Virus record (IMG/VR): IMGVR_UViG_3300039159_000181
Length of the DNA: 20,000 nt
Strand: one strand, 5' to 3'
Origin: an uncultured virus (IMG/VR IMGVR_UViG_3300039159_000181)
Lineage: Duplodnaviria; Heunggongvirae; Uroviricota; Caudoviricetes
Shown: positions 1 to 8,610 of the stretch, piece by piece
Numbering within the stretch: the first letter of the stretch is position 1
How the letters are laid out: each line of letters opens with the position of its first letter
Position numbers and translations under genes: made by a program
The notes under the pieces: generated by a model
Told to the model about the DNA's origin: nothing
The model's database searches: none
The model's input: the letters and a program-made list of their open reading frames with translations, nothing else

Positions 1-27
1 GCCGGACTGCAGTGAGGAAGTCGTTCA

Positions 28-234
28 CTATTTCTTGCCTGTGTGAGGCTTCACGTAAGTGAAGTTGTTGGGGATGTACCCCGCGGAGAGCATTGCGACC
101 ATCGCTTCTTGGCGATTATTGGGTCGGTAACCAACAGTGGCAGCACCAGCCATAAACTCTTTGTGCTCATCTAGCCCGTAGTAGTCGTTAGGACGTTCCC
201 ACCACGGACGCCAGTTGTTGGACGTCATCCGCAT
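28..234 (-). CDS. hypothetical phage protein (68 aa)
   Basis: ORF with SD-like GAGGGG before the ATG. Its TAG overlaps a GTG at 26-28 (TAGTG) that starts a further gene running off the window. Confidence 0.7.
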   Translation of the reverse strand: MRMTSNNWRPWWERPNDYYGLDEHKEFMAGAATVGYRPNNRQEAMVAMLSAGYIPNNFTYVKPHTGKK

Positions 235-350
235 ATCCCCTCACGAGGCGCAAACTGGCCAGAGCCAGACAAGTGCCCGCACGGACACCTGCCTCTCCAG
301 GATAGAGAAGATATAGGTGTCTGTCGGGATGAAAAGGAGTGCTACGGAGG

Positions 351-650
351 CTACTTCTTACCGGCTCGTCGTTTGTTTTCTTTCCCCACATTGGCCTTGG
401 CGCTAATAGCACGCAGGTTTGAGGGGCTGTCGTTCTTTTTGTTGTTGTCCTTGTGGTCGACGTGCGAGGACTTAGCGAGCTTCCCGTTCTTTTCTTCATA
501 GTCAGAACGAGCCTTGTTCTGGGAGGTGGTCTTCCACGTCCCGTCAGCCTGCTTGGTCTTGCGCACCACGATAGGCCTACCGTCGTTTTCTTTCGAGCCC
601 GCGTATGGCCCAAACTTGCGGGTAGTTCCAACTGCGACCTTAGTGGCCAC
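351..650 (-). CDS. small basic HNH-motif protein (99 aa)
   Basis: HVDHKDNNKKNDSPSNLRAISAKAN is an HNH core. Start reassigned to GTG 648-650, which overlaps the upstream TAG. The track's 815 start overlaps another gene. Confidence 0.7.
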   Translation of the reverse strand: MATKVAVGTTRKFGPYAGSKENDGRPIVVRKTKQADGTWKTTSQNKARSDYEEKNGKLAKSSHVDHKDNNKKNDSPSNLRAISAKANVGKENKRRAGKK

Positions 651-829
651 TACTTGGCGGTCTTTTTTGCAGGAGCCTTGCTCTTTTTGGAAGCAGCCAT
701 GTTGTCGATGAGGTTGGGGTAGGGACGGCCTGCCTTTTTTGCTGCCGCTTTGGCCGAAGCCTTCTGTCCCGTAGTGAGCTTTTTGTCCTTCTTGGTGGGG
801 TCGGGGGTGTTCCACACTGCTTTAGCCAT
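650..829 (-). CDS. small Lys/Ala-rich protein, 59 aa (MAKAVWNTPDPTKKDKKLTTGQKASAKAAAKKAGRPYPNLIDNMAASKK...)
   Basis: Translated by hand; not in the ORF track. TAATG overlap upstream and TAGTG overlap downstream. The AGRPYPNLxDNM motif is familiar from phage small proteins. Confidence 0.8.
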   Translation of the reverse strand: MAKAVWNTPDPTKKDKKLTTGQKASAKAAAKKAGRPYPNLIDNMAASKKSKAPAKKTAK

Positions 830-1140
830 TACTTCTTCTCCTTGGTGTTGAGGCGCTTGCTGATAGCCGCCGCCTTTGCCTTTGCATCAGACTTGCTGCT
901 TGCCCCCCAGGCATTGAGAGACAGCAGAAGGCGCGTGGGTTCTCCATTGGGCTTGCGTTCGGGGCCAGACATGCCCCCCATGCGGGCTAAGAACGAAGCC
1001 CGGCGGTGGTTGTCCCCCGATTTGACCGGGGACTTCAGGTCTGAGCCGGGGTTAGCCTTCTCGTAGGATTTGCGGCCTTTTTCGTTAAGGCCCCCCTTGG
1101 GGTTTTTGCCGTCTTTACGTTGCCATGCTTCACTAGCCAT
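829..1140 (-). CDS. basic phage protein, DUF6321-like (103 aa)
   Basis: AWQRKDGKNPKGGLNEKGRKSY...SDLKSPV...RRASFLARM pattern. ATG at 1138-1140 with a GGAGGGAG SD. Confidence 0.75.
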   Translation of the reverse strand: MASEAWQRKDGKNPKGGLNEKGRKSYEKANPGSDLKSPVKSGDNHRRASFLARMGGMSGPERKPNGEPTRLLLSLNAWGASSKSDAKAKAAAISKRLNTKEKK

Positions 1141-1202
1141 TGCGCGTCTCCCTCCGGGAAGCTCTGGGTGCAAGAAATATCGGGACTGTACTGCGTAGTG
1201 TA

Positions 1203-1799
1203 TTACGAAGAGTTCTCCGTTGTGGGCCTTTGCACCTGTTCGGGCTCCAAAGCATACTGTTGGAACTGCGCATCGTTGACAAGCTCTTCGGAGTTAACTT
1301 CATTACAGTCGACAGTAACCACGGCGTAGTAGTCCTTGAAGTGCCCCCGTGGCAACAGCCGAGTGGGCGAGAACACCTGGCCTTTGTATACGATGCGGTC
1401 TTTGATGTGCTGGTCGGGAATGGGCAGCATCTGCGGCAAGAGGGCATTGATGTCTTTGACGTTGATGACGAGGCGCAGTGTGTCAGTGGTATAGAAACCC
1501 CGCTCGTTGATGACGCTGCCTCCGCGGATAACCTGCGCCATCACGACCGGTACTTTCAGCGGCTCTAGCCACTTGCGCCCCAAAATAGTGGGGCTGCTAA
1601 GCGTTGCCGGGGTGGACTTCGAGGTGTCGTAAATGTCGTCCACGACATCCTCATAGTTTTCCTCTAGGTGGTCCTGGTCCCACTCCCACCAGTCGACGAC
1701 GTTTCCCACGGGTAAGCGCAGCTCGTCGTTGATGCCCTCGTAGATAGACAACGCTTCGTAGTCAATGTCAAAGCGACCCAAGATGTGTGTTCCGCGCAT
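1203..1799 (-). CDS. putative head-closure/neck structural protein
   Basis: 198-aa ORF with AAGGAG SD, positioned in the morphogenesis module. The C-terminal half (LRLVIN...DRIVYKGQVF) resembles head-completion proteins. Confidence 0.55.
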   Translation of the reverse strand: MRGTHILGRFDIDYEALSIYEGINDELRLPVGNVVDWWEWDQDHLEENYEDVVDDIYDTSKSTPATLSSPTILGRKWLEPLKVPVVMAQVIRGGSVINERGFYTTDTLRLVINVKDINALLPQMLPIPDQHIKDRIVYKGQVFSPTRLLPRGHFKDYYAVVTVDCNEVNSEELVNDAQFQQYALEPEQVQRPTTENSS

Positions 1800-1811
1800 A
1801 GTGGCTACTCC

Positions 1812-3170
1812 TTAGACGTTGGTGATGTTGCGCCAGGCTCCATTGCGGTAGACCTTGGCGTTGGTGATGTTGCGCCAGGCACCCTGCCGGTAGACCTTTC
1901 CCGTAGTGATGGGAATAAAGTCGGCATTGCGGAGTATGGTCCCGTAGGCCGCGACAAGGGTTGAGGCTGTTTCTACAAAGAGGCTGTTGCCGGTTACGTT
2001 CGTGGCAAAGGCGCGAAAGCGGTAGGTACTGCCGGGAGTTAAGCCACTGAATACGGTGCTGCCGCTGCTGATGTCCCGGGCAGACGGCCCGTCATACGGC
2101 AGCCCGTTTTCGCTGCGCTGCACGGTGTATGCGGAGATGCCGCTTCCGCCATCGTTCGATGAACCGGTGATGGTGATGGTGATGGAGGTGCCCACCTGGC
2201 TGGCGATAGTAATGGACTGCGGAGCTGTAGGTACTCCGGGGGTAAACGTGGAGGCGCTCGGTGCGCCCACACCCGCGGACGACACTGCTCGTGTTTGAAT
2301 GAAGTAGGGCTGATTTGGTGCCGCACCGGTCGTGGCGACGCCGTCGAGTCCCATCGACACCCAGCCACCCCAGTTAGAGCCGTTGGTGCTGGAGCGCCAG
2401 TTGTAGTCAGACAGTGCAACGGGTGACGAGACTCCCTGGGTAAAAATAGTCAGCGTGCCGCCATCGGCACTCCGGGAGAGGCTCGGAGCTCCGGGGGTGG
2501 TCGGCACTCCGGGACTCCAGGTCTCGGCGCTCCAGCCCCCCGCTCCTTCAGAGGACATTGCTCTCGTTTGAATGAAGTACGACGTCGTGGGGTCCACACC
2601 GATGCTGATGAACCCGTCGGTTCCCATGGACGACTCGCCGCTCCAGGTCGCCCCGATGCGAAAGCGGTATTGGTAGTCAGACAGTGTGACCGGAGATGAG
2701 GCCCCTTGGGAGGAGATATTAAGGGTTCCGCCTTCAGGGTTTCGCGAAAGGGTCGGAGCTCCTGGAGTGCTGGGAAGCCGTACGTAGTTGGTCAGTGTGG
2801 CGGTGCCACTACCGCTCTGGACTGTGCCCCACCCGGTAGTTCCGACAAACTGGCCACTGCCGCCAACACCGACGGCCAGGTCGCCGCCACCATTGTGGGT
2901 AACGACCTTTGAGGCGCGACCCATCTCTGTTACGACCCCTGAGCCACCAGCCCTAACTTCCCTACCAGTACCACCAATGTTGAAGTTTTCTCCGTGGATA
3001 GTCACGCTACCCGTGAAAGTACCGAAGGTCCGGGTGCTGCCTGTGGTAAATGCCGTCATGACGACAGTGACTGTGGACTGGTTGTTTGCGGCGTCATCGG
3101 TTGACGACCAGCTAATGGTGGGACGAACGAAGGAGGTTTGGTTCCAAATGCTAAAAGAGCCTGATGGCAC
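1812..3170 (-). CDS. virion protein with fibronectin type III-like repeats
   Basis: S/T/G-rich. FN3 signature P..P...SNDGGSGISAYTV...GLTPGSTYRFRAFATN..G, two tandem ~90-aa repeats, and a C-terminal KVYRxGAW repeat. Confidence 0.8.
   Translation of the reverse strand: MPSGSFSIWNQTSFVRPTISWSSTDDAANNQSTVTVVMTAFTTGSTRTFGTFTGSVTIHGENFNIGGTGREVRAGGSGVVTEMGRASKVVTHNGGGDLAVGVGGSGQFVGTTGWGTVQSGSGTATLTNYVRLPSTPGAPTLSRNPEGGTLNISSQGASSPVTLSDYQYRFRIGATWSGESSMGTDGFISIGVDPTTSYFIQTRAMSSEGAGGWSAETWSPGVPTTPGAPSLSRSADGGTLTIFTQGVSSPVALSDYNWRSSTNGSNWGGWVSMGLDGVATTGAAPNQPYFIQTRAVSSAGVGAPSASTFTPGVPTAPQSITIASQVGTSITITITGSSNDGGSGISAYTVQRSENGLPYDGPSARDISSGSTVFSGLTPGSTYRFRAFATNVTGNSLFVETASTLVAAYGTILRNADFIPITTGKVYRQGAWRNITNAKVYRNGAWRNITNV
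1817..1898. repeat. 42-bp-period tandem duplication (KVYRQGAWRNITNA / KVYRNGAWRNITNV)
   Basis: cgttggtgatgttgcgccaggc occurs at 1817 and 1859, and cggtagacctt follows in both copies. Confidence 0.9.
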
Positions 3171-3210
3171 GTTAACCCCCCACCCTCACGCTAGTGCTGT
3201 CCACGGGTCT

Positions 3211-4146
3211 CTAGCCCCAGAAGTAGAGGTCGCCTTCGACGACCCCGTTAGCGGCGACAGTTGGCTCGGTGTTCTGAATCCAGATGCGAGTGTTGGTGCT
3301 GTGGTTGCCCCAGTTGTTGACGCTACCGGCACCAAAGTCTGCGGCGGCGCGACCCGTGAGGACTGAGGAGGGGATAGTGGCAGAGGCCGTGACGTTGTTT
3401 CCTGCCGCGGTACCCACGAGATACCCGCTGAGGGCCACTCGGAGGTTGGCGGTTGTCAGAACGCTGGTTGCGGTGACGTCTGTCGCTGTGAGCGTACTTA
3501 CTCCGGAGATGTTGTTGTTACCCAAGGCCAAGTTACCGGTCATGGGCTGCGCCCCAGTTCGAAGCAGGGCGGTGTCGTTGACGTAGGTCTGCGTTGCTAC
3601 TGTCCCGGTCTCGTTGGGAAGAGTCAGAGTTCCACCCGCAGCGGCAGCGGCGCGAAGGGTCGTGGTACCGCTAGTAGAGCCCTGGAACACTGCACCACCG
3701 GAACCGATTCCCGGGGTGACCAGTGCGGGGGAGGTGGCGAACACCAGCGCGCCAGTACCGGTCTCATCGGCAACAACGGTAGCTAGCTCGGCGCTGGTTG
3801 TTGCGGCAAAGGCATTGAGCTTCGGCTGCGTCCAGCTAGGTACACCGGCAGCAAGTATCAGCACCTGGCCGTTGCCACCTGCGGGCAGAAGAACCGTTGT
3901 TCCCGCACCGCTCTGGTAGGCAAGGCTACCGGCGAGCCCCCCAGCAATGTTTGTGGCGGTCACCGCAGTAGTTGCCTGACCCGCAGCGGCGTACAGCAGC
4001 ACGTTCCACGCAGTGTTGCCGCTACCGACCTTGAAGCGGAGGGTATCGGTTTCTACCCCGAGCTCTCCGGCAGAGAGGACGGGGTTAGTAGCGGCCCAGT
4101 TCGCTTCAGTATCGCGGCGATGTTGAATGCGGGTTTCTACGGGCAT
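3211..4146 (-). CDS. fibre protein with N-terminal Mtd_N (major tropism determinant N-terminal)-like domain
   Basis: RIQHRRDTEANWAATNPVLSAGELGVETDTLRFKVGSGNTAWNVLLY, followed by an A/G/T-rich shaft including DETGTGALVFATSPAL. Confidence 0.8.
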   Translation of the reverse strand: MPVETRIQHRRDTEANWAATNPVLSAGELGVETDTLRFKVGSGNTAWNVLLYAAAGQATTAVTATNIAGGLAGSLAYQSGAGTTVLLPAGGNGQVLILAAGVPSWTQPKLNAFAATTSAELATVVADETGTGALVFATSPALVTPGIGSGGAVFQGSTSGTTTLRAAAAAGGTLTLPNETGTVATQTYVNDTALLRTGAQPMTGNLALGNNNISGVSTLTATDVTATSVLTTANLRVALSGYLVGTAAGNNVTASATIPSSVLTGRAAADFGAGSVNNWGNHSTNTRIWIQNTEPTVAANGVVEGDLYFWG

Positions 4147-4230
4147 AAGGTCTTCCTAGTTATCCAGGGATGACACCGCAGGGTGCCGTCGGCTTTTACA
4201 GTTTACGGAGAGCTATGGAGCATGTCCGGC

Positions 4231-5301
4231 TTAGCCCCAGCTCTCGCGGACCCGCTCGGTGAAGAAGTCTCCACCGATAACTTGAATACGGTCGGCCTCG
4301 GGGGTCGGCTCCACGATAATCTGCCAGTAGCTGCGCTTGAACAGGCGGCGGGTCTGCTCCGCGGACAGCGAGAGCTGCGCGGTGTAGGTGTCGCCCACCG
4401 AGGTGAGCACCATCGCGATGTCCTGCAACCGCTGAAGACTGCCGCGCTGGTGGATGATGCGGGCGTAGAACGCGGCCTCGCTGGTGTAGCTCCCGGTGAA
4501 AGTGACGGTGTCGTTCCAGGCGAGAGTCTGGTATGCGGTGAGGTCTCCCCCATCGGTTGGCCATGCCACGGGCACCGAGCCGTAGGTCGGCAGCGGCGCA
4601 TCGACACGCTTGGGCCACGAGCGGTCGTCGACTTCTTGCGCAACGAAGACCGGGACATAGCGCCCCGTCATCTTCGACTGGCGACGGAGTGTAAAGACAT
4701 CAATGGAGTACATTCCGATACCGAGCTGCACACACAACTCTTGGTACTGCGCCTGGCGGGTGCGCACCACCTCCATGAGCTGGCGGTAACGCTCAGACCT
4801 GGGGATAGTGATGCCATCAGGGGCCTGGATGTCGATGTCGAAGGCGGCATCGGTGGCGAGAGTGTAGAGCGCCAGCGTCGTGGCGAGGATAGCTAGCGGG
4901 TATTCCTCGACGAAGGGGAGGTTGTACAGCGTGAGCTCGCGTCCCAAAGAGTCGGTGCGGCGGGCACTGTGCTGGGCAAAGGCCGTTTCAAGCGTTGTTT
5001 CCAGCTCGGAGTTGGTGAAGTAGCGAAAGAAGGTCCCGCTAATCAGCAGGGTGCTTCCAGCGGCGGGGGGATTAGCCAGGACTAAGACCCCCGACTGCTC
5101 TTCTACCGAGGCTGTAGAGGATACATCGACCTGCGAGGTGGGGGTATCGACGAGAACAGTCAGGCCTAAGCCGTCCAACGGAGAGTGCTGGAGCTGAAAG
5201 CGTTCGGTGGTTCCGTCAGCAACGACAGTCTCCACGAAGGACTGCCCGAGGTCACCGAGTTCCATGCGAACCCGAGCAACTAGGGAGCTAAGAGTGGGCA
5301 C
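4231..5301 (-). CDS. putative head-tail adaptor/neck protein
   Basis: GTG start with GGAGG SD. N-terminal LVARVRMELGD...YFTNSELE adaptor-like helices with an inserted beta domain; lies downstream of the capsid gene. Confidence 0.65.
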   Translation of the reverse strand: MPTLSSLVARVRMELGDLGQSFVETVVADGTTERFQLQHSPLDGLGLTVLVDTPTSQVDVSSTASVEEQSGVLVLANPPAAGSTLLISGTFFRYFTNSELETTLETAFAQHSARRTDSLGRELTLYNLPFVEEYPLAILATTLALYTLATDAAFDIDIQAPDGITIPRSERYRQLMEVVRTRQAQYQELCVQLGIGMYSIDVFTLRRQSKMTGRYVPVFVAQEVDDRSWPKRVDAPLPTYGSVPVAWPTDGGDLTAYQTLAWNDTVTFTGSYTSEAAFYARIIHQRGSLQRLQDIAMVLTSVGDTYTAQLSLSAEQTRRLFKRSYWQIIVEPTPEADRIQVIGGDFFTERVRESWG

Positions 5302-5327
5302 AGTTCCTCCGAAACGGTCTAGACTCT

Positions 5328-5362
5328 ATGGTCTCGCGTTTCGTCCCCACAGACACGGCAAA
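5328..5362 (-). promoter_or_regulatory. degenerate copy of the putative late promoter motif (TTTGCC-N23-GACCAT)
   Basis: Same 23-nt spacing as the sites at 5837, 8555, 11247 and 17958. Lies directly after a terminator hairpin. Confidence 0.4.
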
Positions 5363-5365
5363 CAG

Positions 5366-5404
5366 CTGACCCCACTGTGAGGAAGGCGGTCACAGTGGGG
5401 TCAG
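5366..5404 (-). terminator. intrinsic terminator-like hairpin
   Basis: Perfect 15-bp stem ctgaccccactgtga/tcacagtggggtcag, followed by CTGTTT on the minus strand. Confidence 0.75.
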
Positions 5405-5420
5405 GTCTTAGTCCTGGAGC

Positions 5421-5792
5421 TTAGTTTGGTTGCCAAACGTAGCCGAGCATCTCCAGGTAGTCAGCAAGTCCTTTGTCGACCTTGTACTTCTGACCGGCTT
5501 TGAAGGTGTAGTTGTTGCCTACGCCGTACGTCATGTCTTCGATGTCGACGACGGTGCGGATGATGACACTGTTATCGCGCATCGTCACACCGAGCTCTTC
5601 GACCTCGTCCAGCACCAGCGGCACGTCGGGGTTCTTGGGGTCAAAGACCTCTGTGCGGAGGCTGACTTCTTCCTGGGCACGGACGAGGCTAATCTCGTCG
5701 GCGCGCTCGCGCAGGGTCTTTGCGTTTTCCTTAGCGGCCTTTTCAGCGGCTGCGCCGGTTGCGTCACGGGGGTCGGTACGAGTAGCTGCCAC
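5421..5792 (-). CDS. small head-associated structural protein (putative)
   Basis: 123 aa, GTG start with AAGGAG SD, strong GC3 bias like the capsid gene; lies between capsid and neck genes. Confidence 0.7.
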   Translation of the reverse strand: MAATRTDPRDATGAAAEKAAKENAKTLRERADEISLVRAQEEVSLRTEVFDPKNPDVPLVLDEVEELGVTMRDNSVIIRTVVDIEDMTYGVGNNYTFKAGQKYKVDKGLADYLEMLGYVWQPN

Positions 5793-5836
5793 GATGTTCT
5801 TCTCCTTGGTTGGTACTGCGGGGTATGTCGCGCTCT

Positions 5837-5871
5837 AGTTTTGCCCAGCAGGAGCGGGGTGTCAGCCTAAA
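5837..5871 (-). promoter_or_regulatory. putative late promoter TTTAGG-N23-AAAACT
   Basis: Matches the sites at 8555 and 11247. Overlaps the last codons and stop of the endonuclease gene. Confidence 0.6.
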
Positions 5872-6386
5872 AGTTTATGCGCCAATAGGTACTTGTATGC
5901 CCTCTGGACATTATCGAGGTCATCACGAAGGTTGCCGATGCCTAAGTTGCAGGGTCGGCATAAGAGGCCCCTGACCGCACCGGTGTCGTGGTTATGGTCA
6001 ATAGCAGGCTGCGTGCCGAGGGTCGCAAACTCCACTTCGCAAATGCAGCAGCGGTAGTCTTGGCGCTCCAATAGCTCGTTGTATTCGTCTTCCGTAATGC
6101 CGTAATGCTTCATGCGTGACCGTTTGACGGTCTGCTGACGGCACTGAGGACAGCGGACTTCCCCCGACCAAATAAGCACCGTAGCGGGGTCCAGGGGGTG
6201 CCCGCTGGCGCAGGTATCCGCCAACTGAAATGACGCTATCGGCCTTAGCGCGTTACGAAGGCGGGCTTCTCGCGCCAATAACGACTTACATGTTCGACAG
6301 CGGCGTGAGCCGTCAGCTCGGTAACTCGTGGTCTGTTCGGAAAACAGATGTCCACGGATGCAGTGGGACGGAGTCGCGCGCGGCAT
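5862..6386 (-). CDS. endonuclease VII-family (His-Me) protein with two N-terminal Cys/His zinc-ribbon repeats; probable free-standing homing endonuclease
   Basis: YGITEDEYNELLERQDYRCCIC...AIDHNHDTGAVRGLLCRPCNLGIG, plus the N-terminal repeats HCIRGH...RRCRTC and TCASGH...RCPQC. Confidence 0.88.
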   Translation of the reverse strand: MPRATPSHCIRGHLFSEQTTSYRADGSRRCRTCKSLLAREARLRNALRPIASFQLADTCASGHPLDPATVLIWSGEVRCPQCRQQTVKRSRMKHYGITEDEYNELLERQDYRCCICEVEFATLGTQPAIDHNHDTGAVRGLLCRPCNLGIGNLRDDLDNVQRAYKYLLAHKLLG

Positions 6387-6463
6387 AACAATTCGACAAT
6401 ATGGGAATGCTGCTCGGTAAACCGGACAAACTGTTTATCACCGCGGTATTTAGGGGGTTACGC

Positions 6464-6499
6464 CAAAGAGCGGGCCAGCAATCGCTGACCCGCTCTTTG
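6464..6499 (-). terminator. terminator hairpin after the major capsid gene
   Basis: Stem caaagagcggg/cccgctctttg, about 18 nt after the capsid stop. Confidence 0.75.
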
Positions 6500-6517
6500 T
6501 TGCCGCAAAAGGATTAC

Positions 6518-7630
6518 TTACGCGGTGTAGACCTTCGTGATGGCCTGGTCGGTGATGATACCGAGGCCCCAGATGGCGTACCATGCCAGCGCGTGCTCAC
6601 GACCGAAGTCAAGCACGCCACCGTCGCGCAGTTCCACCGGGAGGCTGATGGCGTGGCCGAAGGCGTTGTCACCAATCATGATGGATTCGTACACGTCGGT
6701 CACCGTGGTGCCTGCAGGAGCAGTGGCACCGGGCTCTTCAGGGTTACCACCTGAACCAGGAGCGGTGTTCGGACGAACCGGCACCGACCCAGCGTTCGGG
6801 GGTGCGCCAACGAGACCGGCGTAGTTGACGACCGTTCCCTGAGCCAGCTTTTTGACCTGAGTCGTCTCAATGAAGACCACGTCGTAAAGGCGACCGATTT
6901 CACCGAGCATGAAGTTACCGGGGGCGGCGTACTTCGTAACTTCGATGAACTCCGGGTTCGAGCGCAAGTCGCGCGACTGCTTCGGGTGAACGAACTGCAC
7001 GTAGGTCTCACCGATGCGGGGGATGTTCTTGCTGGCAAGTGTCAGAGCGGCATCCTTGATGGCACCGGTCGTCAGCTTGTGGTTCGCCGTCACACCAGCG
7101 ATGCTGGTGGCGCGGCTGCCCTCGTCGTAGTTGGTGAACGCGCCACCGGCGATAGCCGAGCGGTCGTAACCAAAGACAGCCGACGTCGCGGCACCGAGGG
7201 TGTTGCGAGCCTGCACGTCGAGGTACTGAGCCATGTGGCGACCCAGGAGACGCGAAGCCGATGCCATGATGTCATCGAACGAGGCGTTGAGCAGCAGTTC
7301 CGAAACCGCTACGGCGTAGCCGTGCTCGGCAACGGTGATGGCGATTTGCTCGGCAGTCAGAGCGTTGGTCGTCATACGAACACCCTCTGTGAGGGGGGTC
7401 GGGTCGACAGCAAAGTTCTTGTAACGCAGGAAGTTCACGCGGAGACCAGGCGCGACGCCCAGTTCCGTCTTCTTGACCGCGAACTGCTCGAAACGCAGAA
7501 TCGGCATGGCCTGGAAGAGGATTTCCTTAGACCAGATGGTCTGGATTGCCTGCGAGAGTTGTGAATTGCTGCCTGAATAGGCGGTGGGGGCACTGGCAAG
7601 CTGGCCGGTACCGGTAATTGCGGAAGCCAT
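6518..7630 (-). CDS. major capsid protein (N4-gp56 family, HK97 fold)
   Basis: IWSKEILFQAMPILRFEQFA, PLTEGV, YVQFVHP..SRDLR, GEIGRLYDVVFIET and LAWYAIWG motifs. GAAAGGA SD; follows the scaffold gene. Confidence 0.93.
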   Translation of the reverse strand: MASAITGTGQLASAPTAYSGSNSQLSQAIQTIWSKEILFQAMPILRFEQFAVKKTELGVAPGLRVNFLRYKNFAVDPTPLTEGVRMTTNALTAEQIAITVAEHGYAVAVSELLLNASFDDIMASASRLLGRHMAQYLDVQARNTLGAATSAVFGYDRSAIAGGAFTNYDEGSRATSIAGVTANHKLTTGAIKDAALTLASKNIPRIGETYVQFVHPKQSRDLRSNPEFIEVTKYAAPGNFMLGEIGRLYDVVFIETTQVKKLAQGTVVNYAGLVGAPPNAGSVPVRPNTAPGSGGNPEEPGATAPAGTTVTDVYESIMIGDNAFGHAISLPVELRDGGVLDFGREHALAWYAIWGLGIITDQAITKVYTA

Positions 7631-7682
7631 TATGGCTGGTCCTTTCGGTTGGGAGGTTGTTTGTTACGGGTAGTGGGTATTA

Positions 7683-8474
7683 CTACCCAAAAAGCCCCTG
7701 CCCACGATTGTTGCCTGCGCTGCCGAGCAGCTTTTGACGATTCTTGGCGTAGTCCGCCATCGACATATTTGCAATGTCTCCGGGGTTGTTCGAAATGTAG
7801 TCCGGGTCGTTGTCGAGGGGTCCAGAGGTCGGGGCAGTGATGCGGGTCCCCGGCATGTTTTGGCGAGTCTGCTGCGCGGCTTGCGCTACAGACTCAAAGA
7901 TTCGAGCAGAGCGCTCACGCAGAGTTGTTGCGCTGGCCTCTAGCTCTTCCACAGTGTTGCCCTGAATCAGGTCCAACAGTTCTGGAACGATGTTGTCTTG
8001 TTCGCGAGCCAGCAGAGTTTGACGCCGTTCTTGCAGCGCCTGGAACTCCTGCTCACGCTGCAGAAGAGCAAAAGCGCGTTCGCGCTCCGTACGCTCCGCT
8101 GTCAGCTGTTCGTGCCACTCTGCCTCTTTAAGACGAAGAAGGTCCTTAGCAGACATCTCTTCCTCTACGGCAAGCTTGCGCCGCTCATCCGCGAGGTCGG
8201 CTTCCTTGCGGCGTGCCTCAGACTCGGATGCTTCGCGGCTCACACGCTCATCCCGCTCTTTGCGGAGGATAGACAGTTCGTCTTCCATCTTGCTGAGCTG
8301 CGGGTAAAGCTTTTGCTTCTCCTGCTCACGAGCACGCTCGATGTCTTCGACGCTAAAGCTTTTGCCAAAAGGCGAAGCTTCAGGCGCGGGGACAGCTTGG
8401 GGAAGCTGGGTAATGGGGTCAGAAGCCACCTGCGGCTCCACATTCTCCGTTGTCAGTACGTTGTTTTTCGACAT
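7683..8474 (-). CDS. capsid scaffolding protein
   Basis: E/R-rich coiled coil, C-terminal DIANMSMADYAKNRQKLLG; sits between portal and capsid. Start probably ATG 8472-8474. Confidence 0.8.
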   Translation of the reverse strand: MSKNNVLTTENVEPQVASDPITQLPQAVPAPEASPFGKSFSVEDIERAREQEKQKLYPQLSKMEDELSILRKERDERVSREASESEARRKEADLADERRKLAVEEEMSAKDLLRLKEAEWHEQLTAERTERERAFALLQREQEFQALQERRQTLLAREQDNIVPELLDLIQGNTVEELEASATTLRERSARIFESVAQAAQQTRQNMPGTRITAPTSGPLDNDPDYISNNPGDIANMSMADYAKNRQKLLGSAGNNRGQGLFG

Positions 8475-8554
8475 GGGTGCTCTTCTCGTTGAGTGGTCGT
8501 TATCCGAGTGCCCCGAAGGACGTATCACATGACCTATTAGTTAGGAACGACACA

Positions 8555-8589
8555 AGTAAAGCCAAGACAGGTTCAGGTGTCTCCCTAAA
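8555..8589 (-). promoter_or_regulatory. putative late promoter TTTAGG-N23-TTTACT for scaffold and capsid
   Basis: Shares TTTTAGG..GACACC....CCTG...GGC...ACT with the 5837 site. Confidence 0.6.
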
Positions 8590-8610
8590 ACCATGTTCGC
8601 ACCGAAAAAG

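Noticed and set aside
351..815. ORF-track 154-aa version of the HNH protein
   Set aside because: The upstream part overlaps a better-supported 59-aa gene (650-829) in another frame.
1817..1898. Direct repeats as a possible mini-CRISPR
   Set aside because: Only two copies, in frame, encoding a peptide repeat; no cas genes.
3211..4146. Mtd_N domain suggesting a diversity-generating retroelement target
   Set aside because: No reverse transcriptase, no TR/VR repeat pair differing at adenines, and no C-type lectin-like C-terminus seen in the window.
4200..4234. TAAACT box upstream of the fibre gene as another motif copy (also TACACT at 1197-1202 and CATATT at 6398-6403)
   Set aside because: Plausible -10 boxes, but the box 23 nt upstream matches poorly (CTAAGC, AAAGGC, AGTTTG), so they were not counted.
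5862..6517. Endonuclease as part of a group I intron or intein
   Set aside because: The flanking genes appear intact with their own starts and stops, and no intron core or intein motifs were seen.
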